This document shows, piece after piece, positions 48,951 to 59,880 of a stretch of DNA of 64,000 nt. Numbering within the stretch: position 1 is the first letter of the stretch; every line of letters begins with the position of its first letter. The DNA is from an uncultured Flavobacteriales bacterium (GTDB taxonomy: Bacteria > Bacteroidota > Bacteroidia > AKYH767-A > 2013-40CM-41-45), in assembly GCA_964544885.1 (NCBI GenBank), contig CAZJDX010000005.1, forward strand, positions 19,862 to 83,861. The letters are read 5' to 3'. Under the pieces are notes generated by a model that was not told the origin of the DNA, made no database searches, and saw nothing but the letters and a program-made list of their open reading frames with translations. The position numbers and the translations under genes were made by a program.

Positions 48951-49427
48951 TTACCTCCCTGGTCCGGGCCTGTTTCCTCCGCGGCCATCAGGTCTGTCTT
49001 TTAACATTTCAAGAAGTCTTCTCTTGAAATCTTCCTCAGCTTTGTAGAGCCTTGCCACCTGCTTTGGAACCAGGATTGTCTTAAACCGGGGATGATATTT
49101 TTTCATGATATCCAGTTCATCCTGCCGGAATTTCAATTCACTGTCAACAAATTTTTCAGCCTCCGAATCGCTCATTTCGTCCATATTCTGACGGGCTTCC
49201 ATCAGGTTCAACCTTCGCGATTTTCTCAGCTTCTCCATTTCGTCGCTGTACTGATTATATACGGGCCAGAATTTCTGGGCTTCTTCCGGTGTGAGATCCA
49301 GCCGGTCGGTTAAGAAACCGATCTTCATGGCTTCTACATTCTCTCTTTCGGGTCGTTTGTCTTGCGCATTGACTGTAAGTGATATGATCGCGAACAGCAT
49401 GCAAAAAATTCTCTTTACTTTTCTCAT
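48951..49427 (-). CDS. Periplasmic Spy/CpxP-like LTxxQ-motif protein (putative envelope-stress chaperone)
   Basis: 158 aa, signal peptide, LTPEEAQKFWPVYNQY LTxxQ-like motif, Gly/Arg-rich tail. Last gene of the ECF sigma operon. Confidence 0.5.
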   Translation of the reverse strand: MRKVKRIFCMLFAIISLTVNAQDKRPERENVEAMKIGFLTDRLDLTPEEAQKFWPVYNQYSDEMEKLRKSRRLNLMEARQNMDEMSDSEAEKFVDSELKFRQDELDIMKKYHPRFKTILVPKQVARLYKAEEDFKRRLLEMLKDRPDGRGGNRPGPGR

Positions 49428-49999
49428 AGTAGTTGTTCAATTTGTGATAACTCAATATTATTCTCTATCAGGTACTGTACATAAGGATCAGTGAGATTTT
49501 CACCGGATTCAGGATTGTCCATTGCCATGAATTCCTCGATCAGCATGGATTCATCCAATAGCATGAGATCATAGCCATTATCCGTCAGACTCTCCCTAAG
49601 GTTATTTGAGGGGACTTCGATCACCTGCGTTCTGAAGGTGGATGTGACAAAGAAGATCAGGAAGAAAATGGCAATCATGGATAGACTGATCTGAGGCCGA
49701 AGCAAGGCAGCGACCCATTCGTTCCGGACAGGGTTTCCGTGACCTGAGCTGATCTTTGCCCGGACTTTTAAGGGGAGCGATTCGAAGTAATTTTCAGGTA
49801 CTTCGAAAGGTTCAACTGCATCAGCTTTCTCCAATCCGGCGAGAGCGTTGGTTTTGAGATAAATCCAGGCCTGAAGTTCCTTGAAATAGTCATCCGGAAC
49901 GGTAAATGGAGCAGGCCCGGATTCCTGATCAGACAGATCTGAAAGTCTGAATTTTTCAGTCCTCTGGCTTTTATTGAATTGATTCTCCATTTTTTTCAT
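49424..49999 (-). CDS. Putative anti-sigma factor (single-pass membrane protein)
   Basis: 191 aa, one TM helix (ISLSMIAIFFLIFFVTSTF). Positioned between the ECF sigma and Spy-like genes with a 4-nt overlap. No recognisable zinc anti-sigma motif. Confidence 0.4.
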   Translation of the reverse strand: MKKMENQFNKSQRTEKFRLSDLSDQESGPAPFTVPDDYFKELQAWIYLKTNALAGLEKADAVEPFEVPENYFESLPLKVRAKISSGHGNPVRNEWVAALLRPQISLSMIAIFFLIFFVTSTFRTQVIEVPSNNLRESLTDNGYDLMLLDESMLIEEFMAMDNPESGENLTDPYVQYLIENNIELSQIEQLL

Positions 50000-50034
50000 T
50001 GTATACTGATAGGATAATTTTAATCACGAATGGT

Positions 50035-50583
50035 TTAATGACTGCATATATAGTTTTCAATTTTCTTTACTGCATGATGATAACTTGCTTTTAAAGCGCC
50101 AACAGTCACACCAAGAATTTCGGAGATCTCTTCGTATTTCATGCCATCAAAGTATTTCATGTTAAATACAATCCTTTGCTGGGGAGGAAGAGTTAGGATG
50201 GCTTTTTGAAGGAGCATCTGGATCTTATCCCCGGTGAAAAGACGGTCCTGCTCCAGCGAAGCGGATAATTCTCTCTCAACATTGACGATCGGTACGAAAA
50301 ATCTTTTTCTTTTCTGGTTCAGGAAGGTGATGGCTTCATTAGTCGCGATCCGGTAGATCCAGGTGTACAATTTGGAATCCTCCCGAAAACCATCGAGCGA
50401 ACGCCAAATCTTTACAAAAACATTCTGAACAACATCATTACTGTCATCATGATCGATCAGAATTCTTCTGATATGCCAGTAAATTTTCTGATGATACTGA
50501 TCAACCAGAATAGTAAAAGCGTGATGTCTGGTTTCTTCCGCACGGAACTGCCCGAGTATTTCTTTGTCAGTTAATTCTGCCAT
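50035..50583 (-). CDS. RNA polymerase ECF-type sigma-70 factor
   Basis: 182 aa, region 2 (VVQNVFVKIWRSLDGF...YTWIYRIATNEAI) and region 4 HTH (MKYEEISEILGVTVGALKASYHHAVKKI). Confidence 0.85.
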   Translation of the reverse strand: MAELTDKEILGQFRAEETRHHAFTILVDQYHQKIYWHIRRILIDHDDSNDVVQNVFVKIWRSLDGFREDSKLYTWIYRIATNEAITFLNQKRKRFFVPIVNVERELSASLEQDRLFTGDKIQMLLQKAILTLPPQQRIVFNMKYFDGMKYEEISEILGVTVGALKASYHHAVKKIENYICSH

Positions 50584-50614
50584 AGATTCATTCGTGCAAG
50601 AAGCTGGATGGGTT

Positions 50615-51595
50615 TCAGGATGTACTCAGTTCGGCTTTTTTTCTGGCCATACATTTTTCTGCGGCAAGCACGATGTTTTCCGCTTCGAGTCCGTATTTTT
50701 TCATCAGTTGCTCCGGTGTTCCACTCTCTCCGAAGACGTCGTTTATTCCTACATATTCGAGTGGGACAGGATGATTTCGGATCAATGCCTGCGCAATACT
50801 ATCACCTAATCCTCCGAAAACCTGATGTTCTTCCGCACTTACCGCGCATCCTGTCTTGCGTACGGAACGTATGACTGCTTCAATATCCAATGGTTTAATC
50901 GTATGGATATTGATAACCTCTGCCTGAATGCCTCTTTCCCTTAGTATCATGGCCGCTTCCAGCGATTTCCAGACCATGTGACCGGTTGCAAAAATCGAAA
51001 TATCGTTGCCTTCATTGAGCATGAGTGCTTTCCCTATGACAAATCGCTGGTCAGCCGGAGTGAATACAGGAACTACCGGCCTGCCGAACCTCAGATAGAC
51101 CGGACCATGATGTTCCGCGATGGCAATAGTAGCGGCTTTGGTTTGATTATAGTCGCAGGGATTGATCACTACCATGCCAGGCAACATTTTCATCATCCCG
51201 ATATCTTCCAGAATCTGATGCGTTGCTCCGTCCTCGCCCAGAGTAATACCTGCATGCGAAGCACATATCTTAACATTCTTATCGGAATAGGCGATAGACT
51301 GCCGGATCTGATCATAAACCCTTCCTGTAGAAAAATTGGCAAAGGTACCGGTATAGGGAATTTTACCTCCAGTCGCCAGTCCGGCTGCAATGCCCATCAT
51401 ATTGGCTTCCGCGATGCCCACCTGGAAGAAGCGATCAGGAAATTCTTTTTCAAAGGCATCCATTTTCAGGGAGCCCGTGAGGTCAGCGCAAAGCGCAACT
51501 ACAGCAGGGTTAACACGTCCCAGCTCCAGCAGGCCGGCACCAAACCCGGAGCGGGTATCTTTTTTATCGGTAAAGTGTAACAGGTCTTTGGTCAT
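50615..51595 (-). CDS. Transketolase, C-terminal (pyrimidine-binding) subunit of split enzyme
   Basis: 326 aa, [14 protein letters not shown]...[18 protein letters not shown]. Partner of the N-terminal subunit gene at 53066-53917. Confidence 0.85.
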   Translation of the reverse strand: MTKDLLHFTDKKDTRSGFGAGLLELGRVNPAVVALCADLTGSLKMDAFEKEFPDRFFQVGIAEANMMGIAAGLATGGKIPYTGTFANFSTGRVYDQIRQSIAYSDKNVKICASHAGITLGEDGATHQILEDIGMMKMLPGMVVINPCDYNQTKAATIAIAEHHGPVYLRFGRPVVPVFTPADQRFVIGKALMLNEGNDISIFATGHMVWKSLEAAMILRERGIQAEVINIHTIKPLDIEAVIRSVRKTGCAVSAEEHQVFGGLGDSIAQALIRNHPVPLEYVGINDVFGESGTPEQLMKKYGLEAENIVLAAEKCMARKKAELSTS

Positions 51596-51612
51596 GGTAT
51601 TTGAATTTTTTT

Positions 51613-52995
51613 TCAGTAAAGCAATACGATATTTGATTCACCGGATACAACAGAGAAGTCCTTTTCAATGGTATACACCGATTCACGTGAATTTTTTGAG
51701 CGGAATACGGCATGGTATCTACCCGGCTGAAGGATTACTGTTTCTTTCGTGAGGTTTTCATCCAGGTTGCAGATCCATTTTAGGGTATCATCCTCTTCCA
51801 CATAAAGACTACCGTATCCCTGGTTTTTTGATATAAGCGTAACCATTCCCGGTCTTGGGATCTGCAGGGTAGTTGTACGGCTCTGTGCAATATCGATATT
51901 TTCCAGGCTGATCCTTGGCAGCGTCAATATTTCAAGATCGTATTTGCCAACCAGGTATTTTTCTGTTGTATGAAACTCCTGTACATCAAGCGTTCTTTTC
52001 TCTCCCTGCAACCTGATGATGGCAGATGGTTTTTTGAATTCAGCAGGATTGTCAAACTTGAGAAAGAGAGAGCCTTGTGGTGCATCAATCCCAATGGTTG
52101 TGTGTTTGCCCGGACTAAGGATAATGGAATCTTTGCTCACCGGAGGGGTGGTATTCACCACAATTCTATAAACCGGCAGCGGATCTATGACCAGCGTATC
52201 CGGATTCCCTTTAGAATTCAATGTATGAATGAAATTGTATTTTACGCTTCCTGTATGCATATCGTAAAATGTCATGTTCACATTGGTTTCCGAGGGCCGG
52301 TTATCCGTATCCAGCAGGTTGACCTGCATGGTGGTGGAATTGAGCGCCTGTGAAATCACCACATCAAGCGCCATTTTAAAATTCGACTCATTGGTAGCAT
52401 CAAAATATCTGCCTACACAATCAAAAGTTTTTTTCCAACTCTCATCAATTCCCATACCGATAACAAAGGGTTTAAGAAATATTCCTTTCTTCTGCAGCGC
52501 CTGTGAGACCGCACAGGGATCTCCGCCGCATTCTTCGATACCGTCGGTGATCAGGATCAAAATATTTCTGGAATCTTCCATAGGAAAATCATTCGCGCAC
52601 AATTCAAGAGACCGGGCGATGGGTGTTGTACCTTTCGGACTTATGTTTTTAAGTACTTCCTTGATACGGGGTATGTTTCCGCGACTGAACGGGACTTCCA
52701 ACTTACTGTCGTCACAATCCTGAGGAGGAAAGGGTTTCTGATGACCGTATACCCTCAAGGCAAGTTCTATATTATCCAGATAACGTAAACTATCCAGAAG
52801 CTGGAACATCAATTCCTTCGCGACATCAATTTTTGCACCGCTCTGCCAGCGACCGTACATGCTTTGTGAAGCATCAAAGAGAAATTCTATCCTGGTAAGT
52901 TTTCGAACAGGCGCACTGGTTTTAGCTTGCGCAAAAACTTCGGCCGACAAGCACAGGAGGAGTAAAGGGGAGAAAAGAGAAAAGAGTTTCGGCAT
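51613..52995 (-). CDS. Secreted von Willebrand factor A (VWA) domain protein
   Basis: Signal peptide from ATG 52995 ([24 protein letters not shown]). MIDAS-type DASQSM plus [11 protein letters not shown] motifs. ~250-aa C-terminal domain of unknown type. Confidence 0.7.
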   Translation of the reverse strand: MPKLFSLFSPLLLLCLSAEVFAQAKTSAPVRKLTRIEFLFDASQSMYGRWQSGAKIDVAKELMFQLLDSLRYLDNIELALRVYGHQKPFPPQDCDDSKLEVPFSRGNIPRIKEVLKNISPKGTTPIARSLELCANDFPMEDSRNILILITDGIEECGGDPCAVSQALQKKGIFLKPFVIGMGIDESWKKTFDCVGRYFDATNESNFKMALDVVISQALNSTTMQVNLLDTDNRPSETNVNMTFYDMHTGSVKYNFIHTLNSKGNPDTLVIDPLPVYRIVVNTTPPVSKDSIILSPGKHTTIGIDAPQGSLFLKFDNPAEFKKPSAIIRLQGEKRTLDVQEFHTTEKYLVGKYDLEILTLPRISLENIDIAQSRTTTLQIPRPGMVTLISKNQGYGSLYVEEDDTLKWICNLDENLTKETVILQPGRYHAVFRSKNSRESVYTIEKDFSVVSGESNIVLLY

Positions 52996-53065
52996 TCTGA
53001 AATCTGAATACACAGGTATACCGCTTATGTTGTTTTGACTGTTCAATATTAATCAGCAATGTTTT

Positions 53066-53917
53066 TCAGAAATCGCCCAGGGTCTCTTCAAGCTGGCTCA
53101 GCGCTGTTTTGGTTTGCTCATCATCTGGCGCTACTCCATGCCATTTATGTGTGTGCATCATGAAGTCGACACCCTGTCCCATCACGGTCTTCATCAGAAT
53201 CGCGACAGGCATACCTTTCATGGTCATTCCCTTCGCTGAACTGAGTGTAGCGACAATTTCTTCCATATTATGACCATCCATTTGCATCACCTTCCAGCCA
53301 AAACTTTCAAGCTTAGGCCTCAGGTCACCGTAAGGCATCACCTGATCGACACTTCCATCTATCTGCTGGTTATTCACATCAACGGTCAGAATTATATTAT
53401 CCACTTTCTTGGCGCCTGCATACATCACCGCTTCCCAGATCTGACCTTCTTCCATTTCTCCATCACCGCAAAGGCAAAACACCAGGTGTGGGTCGTTGTT
53501 AAGTTTTTTTGAAATAGCCGTACCGATGGCTACACTCAGACCTTGTCCAAGCGAACCGCTGGCCACTCTTATTCCGGGAAGACCTTCATGCGTGGCAGGA
53601 TGTCCCTGTAACCTGGAATTGATCAGGCGAAAAGTTGAAAGTTCCTTTACATCAAAATAACCGCTTCTGGCCAGTACGCTATACCATAGGGGAGAAACAT
53701 GGCCGTTGCTAAGAAAAAAAACATCTTCGTTCATGCCGTCCATCTTGAAGACCGGCGCCTTGTGTTTCATGATTTCAAAATAAAGTGCGACCATAAAATC
53801 AGTACAACCCAGAGAGCCACCGGGATGTCCTGATCTGGCTCCGTTCGTCTGTCTGATAATATCTCTGCGAACCTGACTTGCAATACGTTTTAATTCCTCT
53901 GTATTCATATCGATCAA
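53066..53917 (-). CDS. Transketolase, N-terminal (thiamine diphosphate-binding) subunit of split enzyme
   Basis: 283 aa, GHPGGSLGCTDFMVALYF and GDGEMEEGQIWEA ThDP-binding motifs. Confidence 0.85.
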   Translation of the reverse strand: MIDMNTEELKRIASQVRRDIIRQTNGARSGHPGGSLGCTDFMVALYFEIMKHKAPVFKMDGMNEDVFFLSNGHVSPLWYSVLARSGYFDVKELSTFRLINSRLQGHPATHEGLPGIRVASGSLGQGLSVAIGTAISKKLNNDPHLVFCLCGDGEMEEGQIWEAVMYAGAKKVDNIILTVDVNNQQIDGSVDQVMPYGDLRPKLESFGWKVMQMDGHNMEEIVATLSSAKGMTMKGMPVAILMKTVMGQGVDFMMHTHKWHGVAPDDEQTKTALSQLEETLGDF

Positions 53918-54105
53918 AATATAATATGCTGTAAAATTAGGAAAATGCCTTCCTTCACACTCTAAAGATTGTTCAATTATTCAGGAAATATCAACAAGAA
54001 CATCTGAAAGCAGGTAATTCACCGGATAAACGGAAGAAATAAGGAATAATTGGCAACGGGAAACCCTGACAACTCAAAGATGGATGAATAAGGGCTTTTC
54101 TTTAT

Positions 54106-54504
54106 TTACCATTCATCCATGTATTCATCAAGATCTCTTCTTTCCCGTTTCGTCGGACGACCGGTACCCGGATCCCTGAAAATGGTCATTCTCTTGCTCC
54201 GGTTTCTATAGGCTTCCAGTTCTTCCGGAGGAGTAAGTTCATCACAATAATCCATCACCAGTTTCGCAGCCACCCTGTTGCCGGTTAAACCTTTTACCTT
54301 AAAAACCCGTGTCAGTCCTGTTCTCCTGATCCGGATCATGTCACCGGCTTTCACCACTCTTGAAGCCTTTGCCGGCTGATCATTAATGCTGATCTTGCCT
54401 TGCTCACAGGCGGTACTTGCCAGAGTACGGGTTTTGAAAAGTCTTACTGCCCACAACCACTTATCGATTCTGATTCTGATAGAATCCGTATCATCTTTGC
54501 TCAT
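54106..54504 (-). CDS. hslR: Ribosome-associated heat shock protein Hsp15 (S4 RNA-binding domain)
   Basis: 132 aa, S4 domain IRIDKWLWAVRLFKTRTLA..., basic C-terminal tail. Confidence 0.75.
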   Translation of the reverse strand: MSKDDTDSIRIRIDKWLWAVRLFKTRTLASTACEQGKISINDQPAKASRVVKAGDMIRIRRTGLTRVFKVKGLTGNRVAAKLVMDYCDELTPPEELEAYRNRSKRMTIFRDPGTGRPTKRERRDLDEYMDEW

Positions 54505-54555
54505 GATAATCTCAACTTGAAATATTCATTATTATCTTCGCTGTACAAATTACAA

Positions 54556-55593
54556 ATGGCAAGTAAATCATTCAATTCAAGATACGGTCAGCTGTTTTTG
54601 CTGGTATCACTTATACTGGTGATTGGACTCATTTTCTATTCCATGAGTTCTTTTATCGGCTCATTTCTGGGTGCGGTGATTTTGTACGTATTGTTCAGAC
54701 CCGTGATGCGCAGAATTTATAACCAGCGCAGATGGAACATAAATCTTGTCGCTATTCTGGTTTGTCTTCTGACCTTTCTTTTGATCATGACACCCATCTT
54801 GCTTAGCAGTTTCATGATCATCCCGAAGATAAGTATTATGTTCAGTGAGAATTCGGTGCTGATGGCATTTCTATCAGATCTCGACCGGCAGGTAAGCGCC
54901 ATTACAGGATATCCTTTGATTACGCCTGATACTTTCCAGAGTCTGAGTGAAAAGGCGGGTACCTTTATAACTGATTTTCTTGGCGAATCATTAATGATGC
55001 TTACGGAGATCGCGCTGATGTATCTTTTCTTGTTTTATTTTTTAATCAATGTAGGGAAAATGGAAACTTTTCTTGAAAATTATCTGCCCTTTTCACATCA
55101 GAGGATAAAGGTCTTTTCAAAAGAGCTTGAAGTGCAAACCTTTTCCAACGCCTTAGGCGCTCCTCTGCTTGCATTACTCCAGGCCTTATTTGCCATGTTC
55201 GGGTATTGGATCTTCGGACTTCCGGAACCGGTGTTCTGGGGATTTATGACCGGCCTTTTTTCATTTTTACCAATGATCGGATCCACACTCATTTGGTTGC
55301 CTGCAGCTCTATTCCAGATTTCCACCGGAAGTATATGGCAGGGAGTTGCCATCCTGCTGTACGGTACCTTAGTAATCTCAGTAGTAGACAATGTTTTCCG
55401 TTTTGTATTCCAGAAGAAATTTGCCGATGTGCATCCACTGGTTACAATAGTTGGAGTGATTGTAGGCTTAAACTTGTTTGGAATTCCGGGTATCATTTTC
55501 GGACCTCTGCTGATATCTTATTTCATGATCCTGTTGACCTTATTCCGGGAGGAATTTATGCAGGAAAGTGCGGGCGAAGGCGGATCAGTCTGA
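54556..55593 (+). CDS. AI-2E family (PerM/YdiK-like) transporter
   Basis: ~345 aa from ATG 54556, 7-8 TM helices. The ORF track start at 54400 would overlap hslR on the opposite strand. Confidence 0.7.
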   Translation: MASKSFNSRYGQLFLLVSLILVIGLIFYSMSSFIGSFLGAVILYVLFRPVMRRIYNQRRWNINLVAILVCLLTFLLIMTPILLSSFMIIPKISIMFSENSVLMAFLSDLDRQVSAITGYPLITPDTFQSLSEKAGTFITDFLGESLMMLTEIALMYLFLFYFLINVGKMETFLENYLPFSHQRIKVFSKELEVQTFSNALGAPLLALLQALFAMFGYWIFGLPEPVFWGFMTGLFSFLPMIGSTLIWLPAALFQISTGSIWQGVAILLYGTLVISVVDNVFRFVFQKKFADVHPLVTIVGVIVGLNLFGIPGIIFGPLLISYFMILLTLFREEFMQESAGEGGSV

Positions 55594-57147
55594 TCGTATA
55601 AAAATATCCGACTTGCCAAGTGGCCGCCATTTTTCATTCCACCGGAATCCTTTAAGACGCAGTTCCCAGGTAGCAAGGTCTCTGATAGGGTAGAGCGATC
55701 CATCAGGTGCCTTGAGCAGGGTAATACTTTTAACTTTGTTTTCATCAACAAGAATGACCATGTCACTGCAATCGGCACGGTTTACAGAGAAATTTTTATT
55801 CTTTTTATCTTTTGCGTAATAAATGGTCTGGCCATTACCCTCAACTTCTATCCTGTACATCTTATTATCACGGAAGTAACCGGTCATGTTTTTTCCGCGT
55901 ATCTGGTTGAATCGTATCGAATCAATAAGCGTTATTTCAAGACTGTCGACCTTGGAAACAATAAGCGCATTGTTAACCAGATACATTCTTGAAATCTGGT
56001 TGTCAGAGGTCTGAATACTGACTGAATCCGCGATGAGCTGATTTGCACCCGACCAAAGAACCGGTTCACCAAACAACCTTATGGTTGAGTCCGGACGATA
56101 CCAGACAAGTGAATCACAGATACCCTGGAGATCCGATTTGAAAAGCTTCACATGATGAAATGCAAACATGTTTCTTTCTTTTTTTGTACTGTCTGCAGAG
56201 TCTGTATAACCCACGGCCAATAAGGTGTCAGCATGCAGAAACATGGTATCATCAGGATAATATTGTGAAAGCAACGCCTTTCCAGTGATCCATGATGAAT
56301 CCGTGAGTTCATGATGTTCTCCATAGTCTCCGCTGATTTCGATTTTGTTGGTGGAATCATAGATGGACACATTCCCGAATACCATTCCTATTCCGCTGTT
56401 TCTGTTGTATAGCACGGAATCGCCACGGAGTTTCTGGCCATCGCTTTGAAGGAAAGAATTTTTCCCGAAAAAGGCGGTTTGCTCTTTAGTATTGTACCAT
56501 CCGTCCTCGCAATAGATGAGATTCTCGGCGGATCTTATCCAGGTAGGCCCCAGGAACCATGCCGTTTCTGAAAGCGAATTATATTTCAGTGTGTCGCAAT
56601 CCATCGTGTATTTCGGATTGGTCAGCAGGACATCTTCCCTGAAATAAAAATCATTGAGGCGGCTGTAATAATAGCCAAAGACGCTGGTGAGTGTGTTTTC
56701 TCCATCAAGTATCTTCGCGCCCTGAGTATAGGATGCCATTTCCTCTTCCATTTGATAATCAAGCTGATCAGTATAAAGTGTCATTTTCCTGTCCCGGAGC
56801 ACCACTTCTTCGAAGACTTGCGCGACTCTTGTGTTTCCTTCATAGATCAATCTCTTACCGGTAAGTGTAATGGAATCGCCCTGTGTGATCCGTATATTAT
56901 TGAAAGCCTCCAGCCGGTTGTCTTCTCGGTATAAATAGGCGCTGTCGCAATGCATATTCACGTTTTCATGCCTGAACTGAACATTACCCAGCAGACGGGT
57001 CGCCCGGGCATTGATGGTCTGATCAAACTCGCTGACGTCAGCGTTCAGCAACTCGATCTTTCTGGTCTCCTCAGCGCAGGTGATGATGGTTCCGGCCGGG
57101 AACTGAATTAAAAGCATCAACACGATGATCCTGAAAGAGAAACTCAT
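55585..57147 (-). CDS. OstA/LptD N-terminal-like domain secreted protein
   Basis: 520 aa, signal peptide, repeated beta-jellyroll-like segments (NADVSEFDQTINARATRLLGNVQFRHENVNMHCDSAYLYREDNRLEAFNNIRI). No C-terminal barrel evident. Confidence 0.45.
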   Translation of the reverse strand: MSFSFRIIVLMLLIQFPAGTIITCAEETRKIELLNADVSEFDQTINARATRLLGNVQFRHENVNMHCDSAYLYREDNRLEAFNNIRITQGDSITLTGKRLIYEGNTRVAQVFEEVVLRDRKMTLYTDQLDYQMEEEMASYTQGAKILDGENTLTSVFGYYYSRLNDFYFREDVLLTNPKYTMDCDTLKYNSLSETAWFLGPTWIRSAENLIYCEDGWYNTKEQTAFFGKNSFLQSDGQKLRGDSVLYNRNSGIGMVFGNVSIYDSTNKIEISGDYGEHHELTDSSWITGKALLSQYYPDDTMFLHADTLLAVGYTDSADSTKKERNMFAFHHVKLFKSDLQGICDSLVWYRPDSTIRLFGEPVLWSGANQLIADSVSIQTSDNQISRMYLVNNALIVSKVDSLEITLIDSIRFNQIRGKNMTGYFRDNKMYRIEVEGNGQTIYYAKDKKNKNFSVNRADCSDMVILVDENKVKSITLLKAPDGSLYPIRDLATWELRLKGFRWNEKWRPLGKSDIFIRSD

Positions 57148-57329
57148 GGCTGCAAATCTAAGAAAGGAATCGGTCTTTTCTTTCTTGATGGCATAGGAAA
57201 AAATGGAGTAATATTGTATTGTTTAGAATCCGTGGTCAGTACGTATCATTTTTGAAGCTTCGCGAAAAACGTTTTCGCAAGCGCAGTGATACAGTACCTG
57301 CCCGCTAACGAAAATCTTACTTTTATAAT

Positions 57330-59837
57330 ATGTCAGGTAAGAATGTAGAAAAGGCCGGCGTGTACGTTGATGTGATCATTCCCATTCCCGTACCCAACCT
57401 GTTTACCTATAAAGTGCCGGAATTGCTGGTACCTGAGGTGATACCCGGAAAGAGGGTAGTGGTACCGTTTGGAAAGCAAAAGCTTCAGTCTGGACTTGTA
57501 AGAAAGGTGCATAATTTTTCCGGTCAAATGGACATAAAGGAGATTATTTCCGTACTTGATGAGAAGATTCTTGTCAATCAACGGCAGTTTGAATTCTGGG
57601 ACTGGATCTCATCCTACTATATGTGTTACCCCGGTGAAGTGATGAATGCGGCCTTACCTTCTGCATTGAAACTCCAGAGTGAAACACTAGTCAGACTGAA
57701 TCCTGCATTCGACCCTGAAACGTGTGAACTGAGTCAAGATGAATACCTCGTACTTGATATGTTGAAAGAGAGTGAAGAATTGTCTCTGGAAGATTTGAAC
57801 AGGGTATTGAAGAAAAAGAGTGTTCATCCTCTATTAAATTCCATGCTTCACAAGGAAGCCATATTGCTTTCTGAGGAAATTGAAGAAAGTTACAGACCAA
57901 AGCTGCAAAGCAGAATCACTCTTTCCGGTTCATTTGAGGATGAGAAGGCGCTGGAAGTCCTTTTTCAGCAGATGGAACAGGATAAGCGAAAGAAGCGACA
58001 ACTTGATACATTAATGATTTTCCTGAAGCATCTGTATGCAAGTGACAAGCCTGATCATGTTCTAAAATCGGAGCTGATCAAGGATCGGGACTTCTCTGCT
58101 TCTTCACTTCAATCGCTCATTAAGAACGGTGTGTTGGTGGAAACCATGGTCAGAATTGACAGGATTGATTCTGGTGTAACTGAGCTGAATGAGCTTAAGC
58201 GGCTGAGTGAGGCACAGGAAAAGGCAATGGCCGGGATAAAGGAAAAATGGCAGTCGCATGACTCGGTTTGTCTTCACGGAGTAACTTCCAGCGGTAAAAC
58301 GGAAATTTACATTCACCTGATTGATGAAGCACTCCGGAGCGGGAAGCAGGTGTTATACTTGTTGCCTGAAATTGCCCTCACAACCCAGATTATAGCCAGG
58401 TTGAGAAGATATTTCGGTAAGGCAGTGGGAGTTTTTCATTCCCGCTACAGTAATAATGAGCGTGTTGAGATATGGAACAATGTGCTTTCATACAGAGAGA
58501 ATGAAAAGACAAGGAGCAAAGGTCAGTTGATCCTGGGAGCCCGTTCGGCTTTGTTTCTCCCTTTCAGCAATATAGGGCTGATCGTGGTGGATGAAGAACA
58601 CGATACTTCATACAAGCAAGCCGACCCATCGCCCAGATATCATGCGCGGGATGCAGCACTGATGCTTGCCAGAATTCATTCGGCGAAAGTATTGCTTGGA
58701 TCAGCAACTCCTTCGCTTGAAACATACCATAATGCGGTGGAAGGACGTTCCGGTCTCGTGAAACTCAATGAAAGATACGGCGGTGTACTGATGCCTCAGA
58801 TCATTGTAGCGGATACCGGCGAAGCGGCCAGGAAAAAACTGATGAAGTCTCATTTTACCCCTCAGCTCATTAATGCCATCCAACTGGCACTCGAACGAAA
58901 AGAACAGGTGATATTGTTCCAGAATCGCAGGGGGTTTTCTCCTTATCTGGAATGCAAGCGCTGTGCATGGATACCTCATTGCAGGAACTGCTCCGTGACT
59001 TTAACCTATCACAAAGCCGGCAATATTTTACGATGCCATTATTGCGGGTTTGTTCAGGCTGTACCATCGGTTTGCGGTCAATGCGGTGATCATCATGTGG
59101 AAGTGAGAGGTTTTGGCACGGAAAAGATCGAAGAGGAAATTTCAATACTCTTTCCTGAGTGCAAAACCGGGAGGATGGATCTGGATGTAACAAGAACAAA
59201 GAATTCAATACAACGGATCATCAATGACTTTGAAGAAAAGAAAATAGACATTCTGGTCGGTACACAGATGGTAACAAAGGGATTGGATTTTGATAATGTA
59301 AGCACAGTAGGAATTGTGAATGCGGATCAGTTGATGAATTTCCCTGACTTTCGTGCATTCGAACGGAGTTTTCAATTAATGGAGCAGGTGAGTGGTCGAT
59401 CAGGAAGAAAGAACAAACAAGGAGTGGTGATCATTCAGACCCGGCAACCGGATCATTGGGTAATCGGAGACGTGGTCAGGCATGATTATGAATCTTTCTA
59501 TCAGAGAGACCTGAATGAGAGAAGAAAATTCAATTATCCGCCGCTTTCAAGGCTGATTGAGGTCATACTGAAGCACAAAAACAATTTTCTTCTTGCCGAT
59601 GCTGCCGGTCATTTTGGTGTCTTGCTGAGACAAAAACTTGGTCATCGTGTTTTCGGACCCCATGTCCCTCTCGTCTTCAGAATAAAAAATCAGTACCTGA
59701 ATCAATTCCTTATCAAAATAGAAAAAGACGGCTCACCCGCTCAGGTAAAAGCCCTGATCCGGGATGCAATCCGGCTGTTTTATACGAACAGAGATTATGC
59801 AAGGATCCAGTTGCAACTGGATGTTGATCCGGTATAA
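57330..59837 (+). CDS. priA: Primosomal protein N' (replication restart helicase PriA)
   Basis: 835 aa, N-terminal 3'-DNA-binding domain (VYVDVIIPIPVPNLFTYKVP), Walker A GVTSSGKT, DEAH-like DEEH, Zn-binding CxxC pairs (CKRCAWIPHCRNC...CHYCG...CGQCG). Confidence 0.9.
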   Translation: MSGKNVEKAGVYVDVIIPIPVPNLFTYKVPELLVPEVIPGKRVVVPFGKQKLQSGLVRKVHNFSGQMDIKEIISVLDEKILVNQRQFEFWDWISSYYMCYPGEVMNAALPSALKLQSETLVRLNPAFDPETCELSQDEYLVLDMLKESEELSLEDLNRVLKKKSVHPLLNSMLHKEAILLSEEIEESYRPKLQSRITLSGSFEDEKALEVLFQQMEQDKRKKRQLDTLMIFLKHLYASDKPDHVLKSELIKDRDFSASSLQSLIKNGVLVETMVRIDRIDSGVTELNELKRLSEAQEKAMAGIKEKWQSHDSVCLHGVTSSGKTEIYIHLIDEALRSGKQVLYLLPEIALTTQIIARLRRYFGKAVGVFHSRYSNNERVEIWNNVLSYRENEKTRSKGQLILGARSALFLPFSNIGLIVVDEEHDTSYKQADPSPRYHARDAALMLARIHSAKVLLGSATPSLETYHNAVEGRSGLVKLNERYGGVLMPQIIVADTGEAARKKLMKSHFTPQLINAIQLALERKEQVILFQNRRGFSPYLECKRCAWIPHCRNCSVTLTYHKAGNILRCHYCGFVQAVPSVCGQCGDHHVEVRGFGTEKIEEEISILFPECKTGRMDLDVTRTKNSIQRIINDFEEKKIDILVGTQMVTKGLDFDNVSTVGIVNADQLMNFPDFRAFERSFQLMEQVSGRSGRKNKQGVVIIQTRQPDHWVIGDVVRHDYESFYQRDLNERRKFNYPPLSRLIEVILKHKNNFLLADAAGHFGVLLRQKLGHRVFGPHVPLVFRIKNQYLNQFLIKIEKDGSPAQVKALIRDAIRLFYTNRDYARIQLQLDVDPV

Positions 59838-59880
59838 ATTGCTGCTATTGCTCAAGAGCAATTTCGTATCCCCCGGGCTA

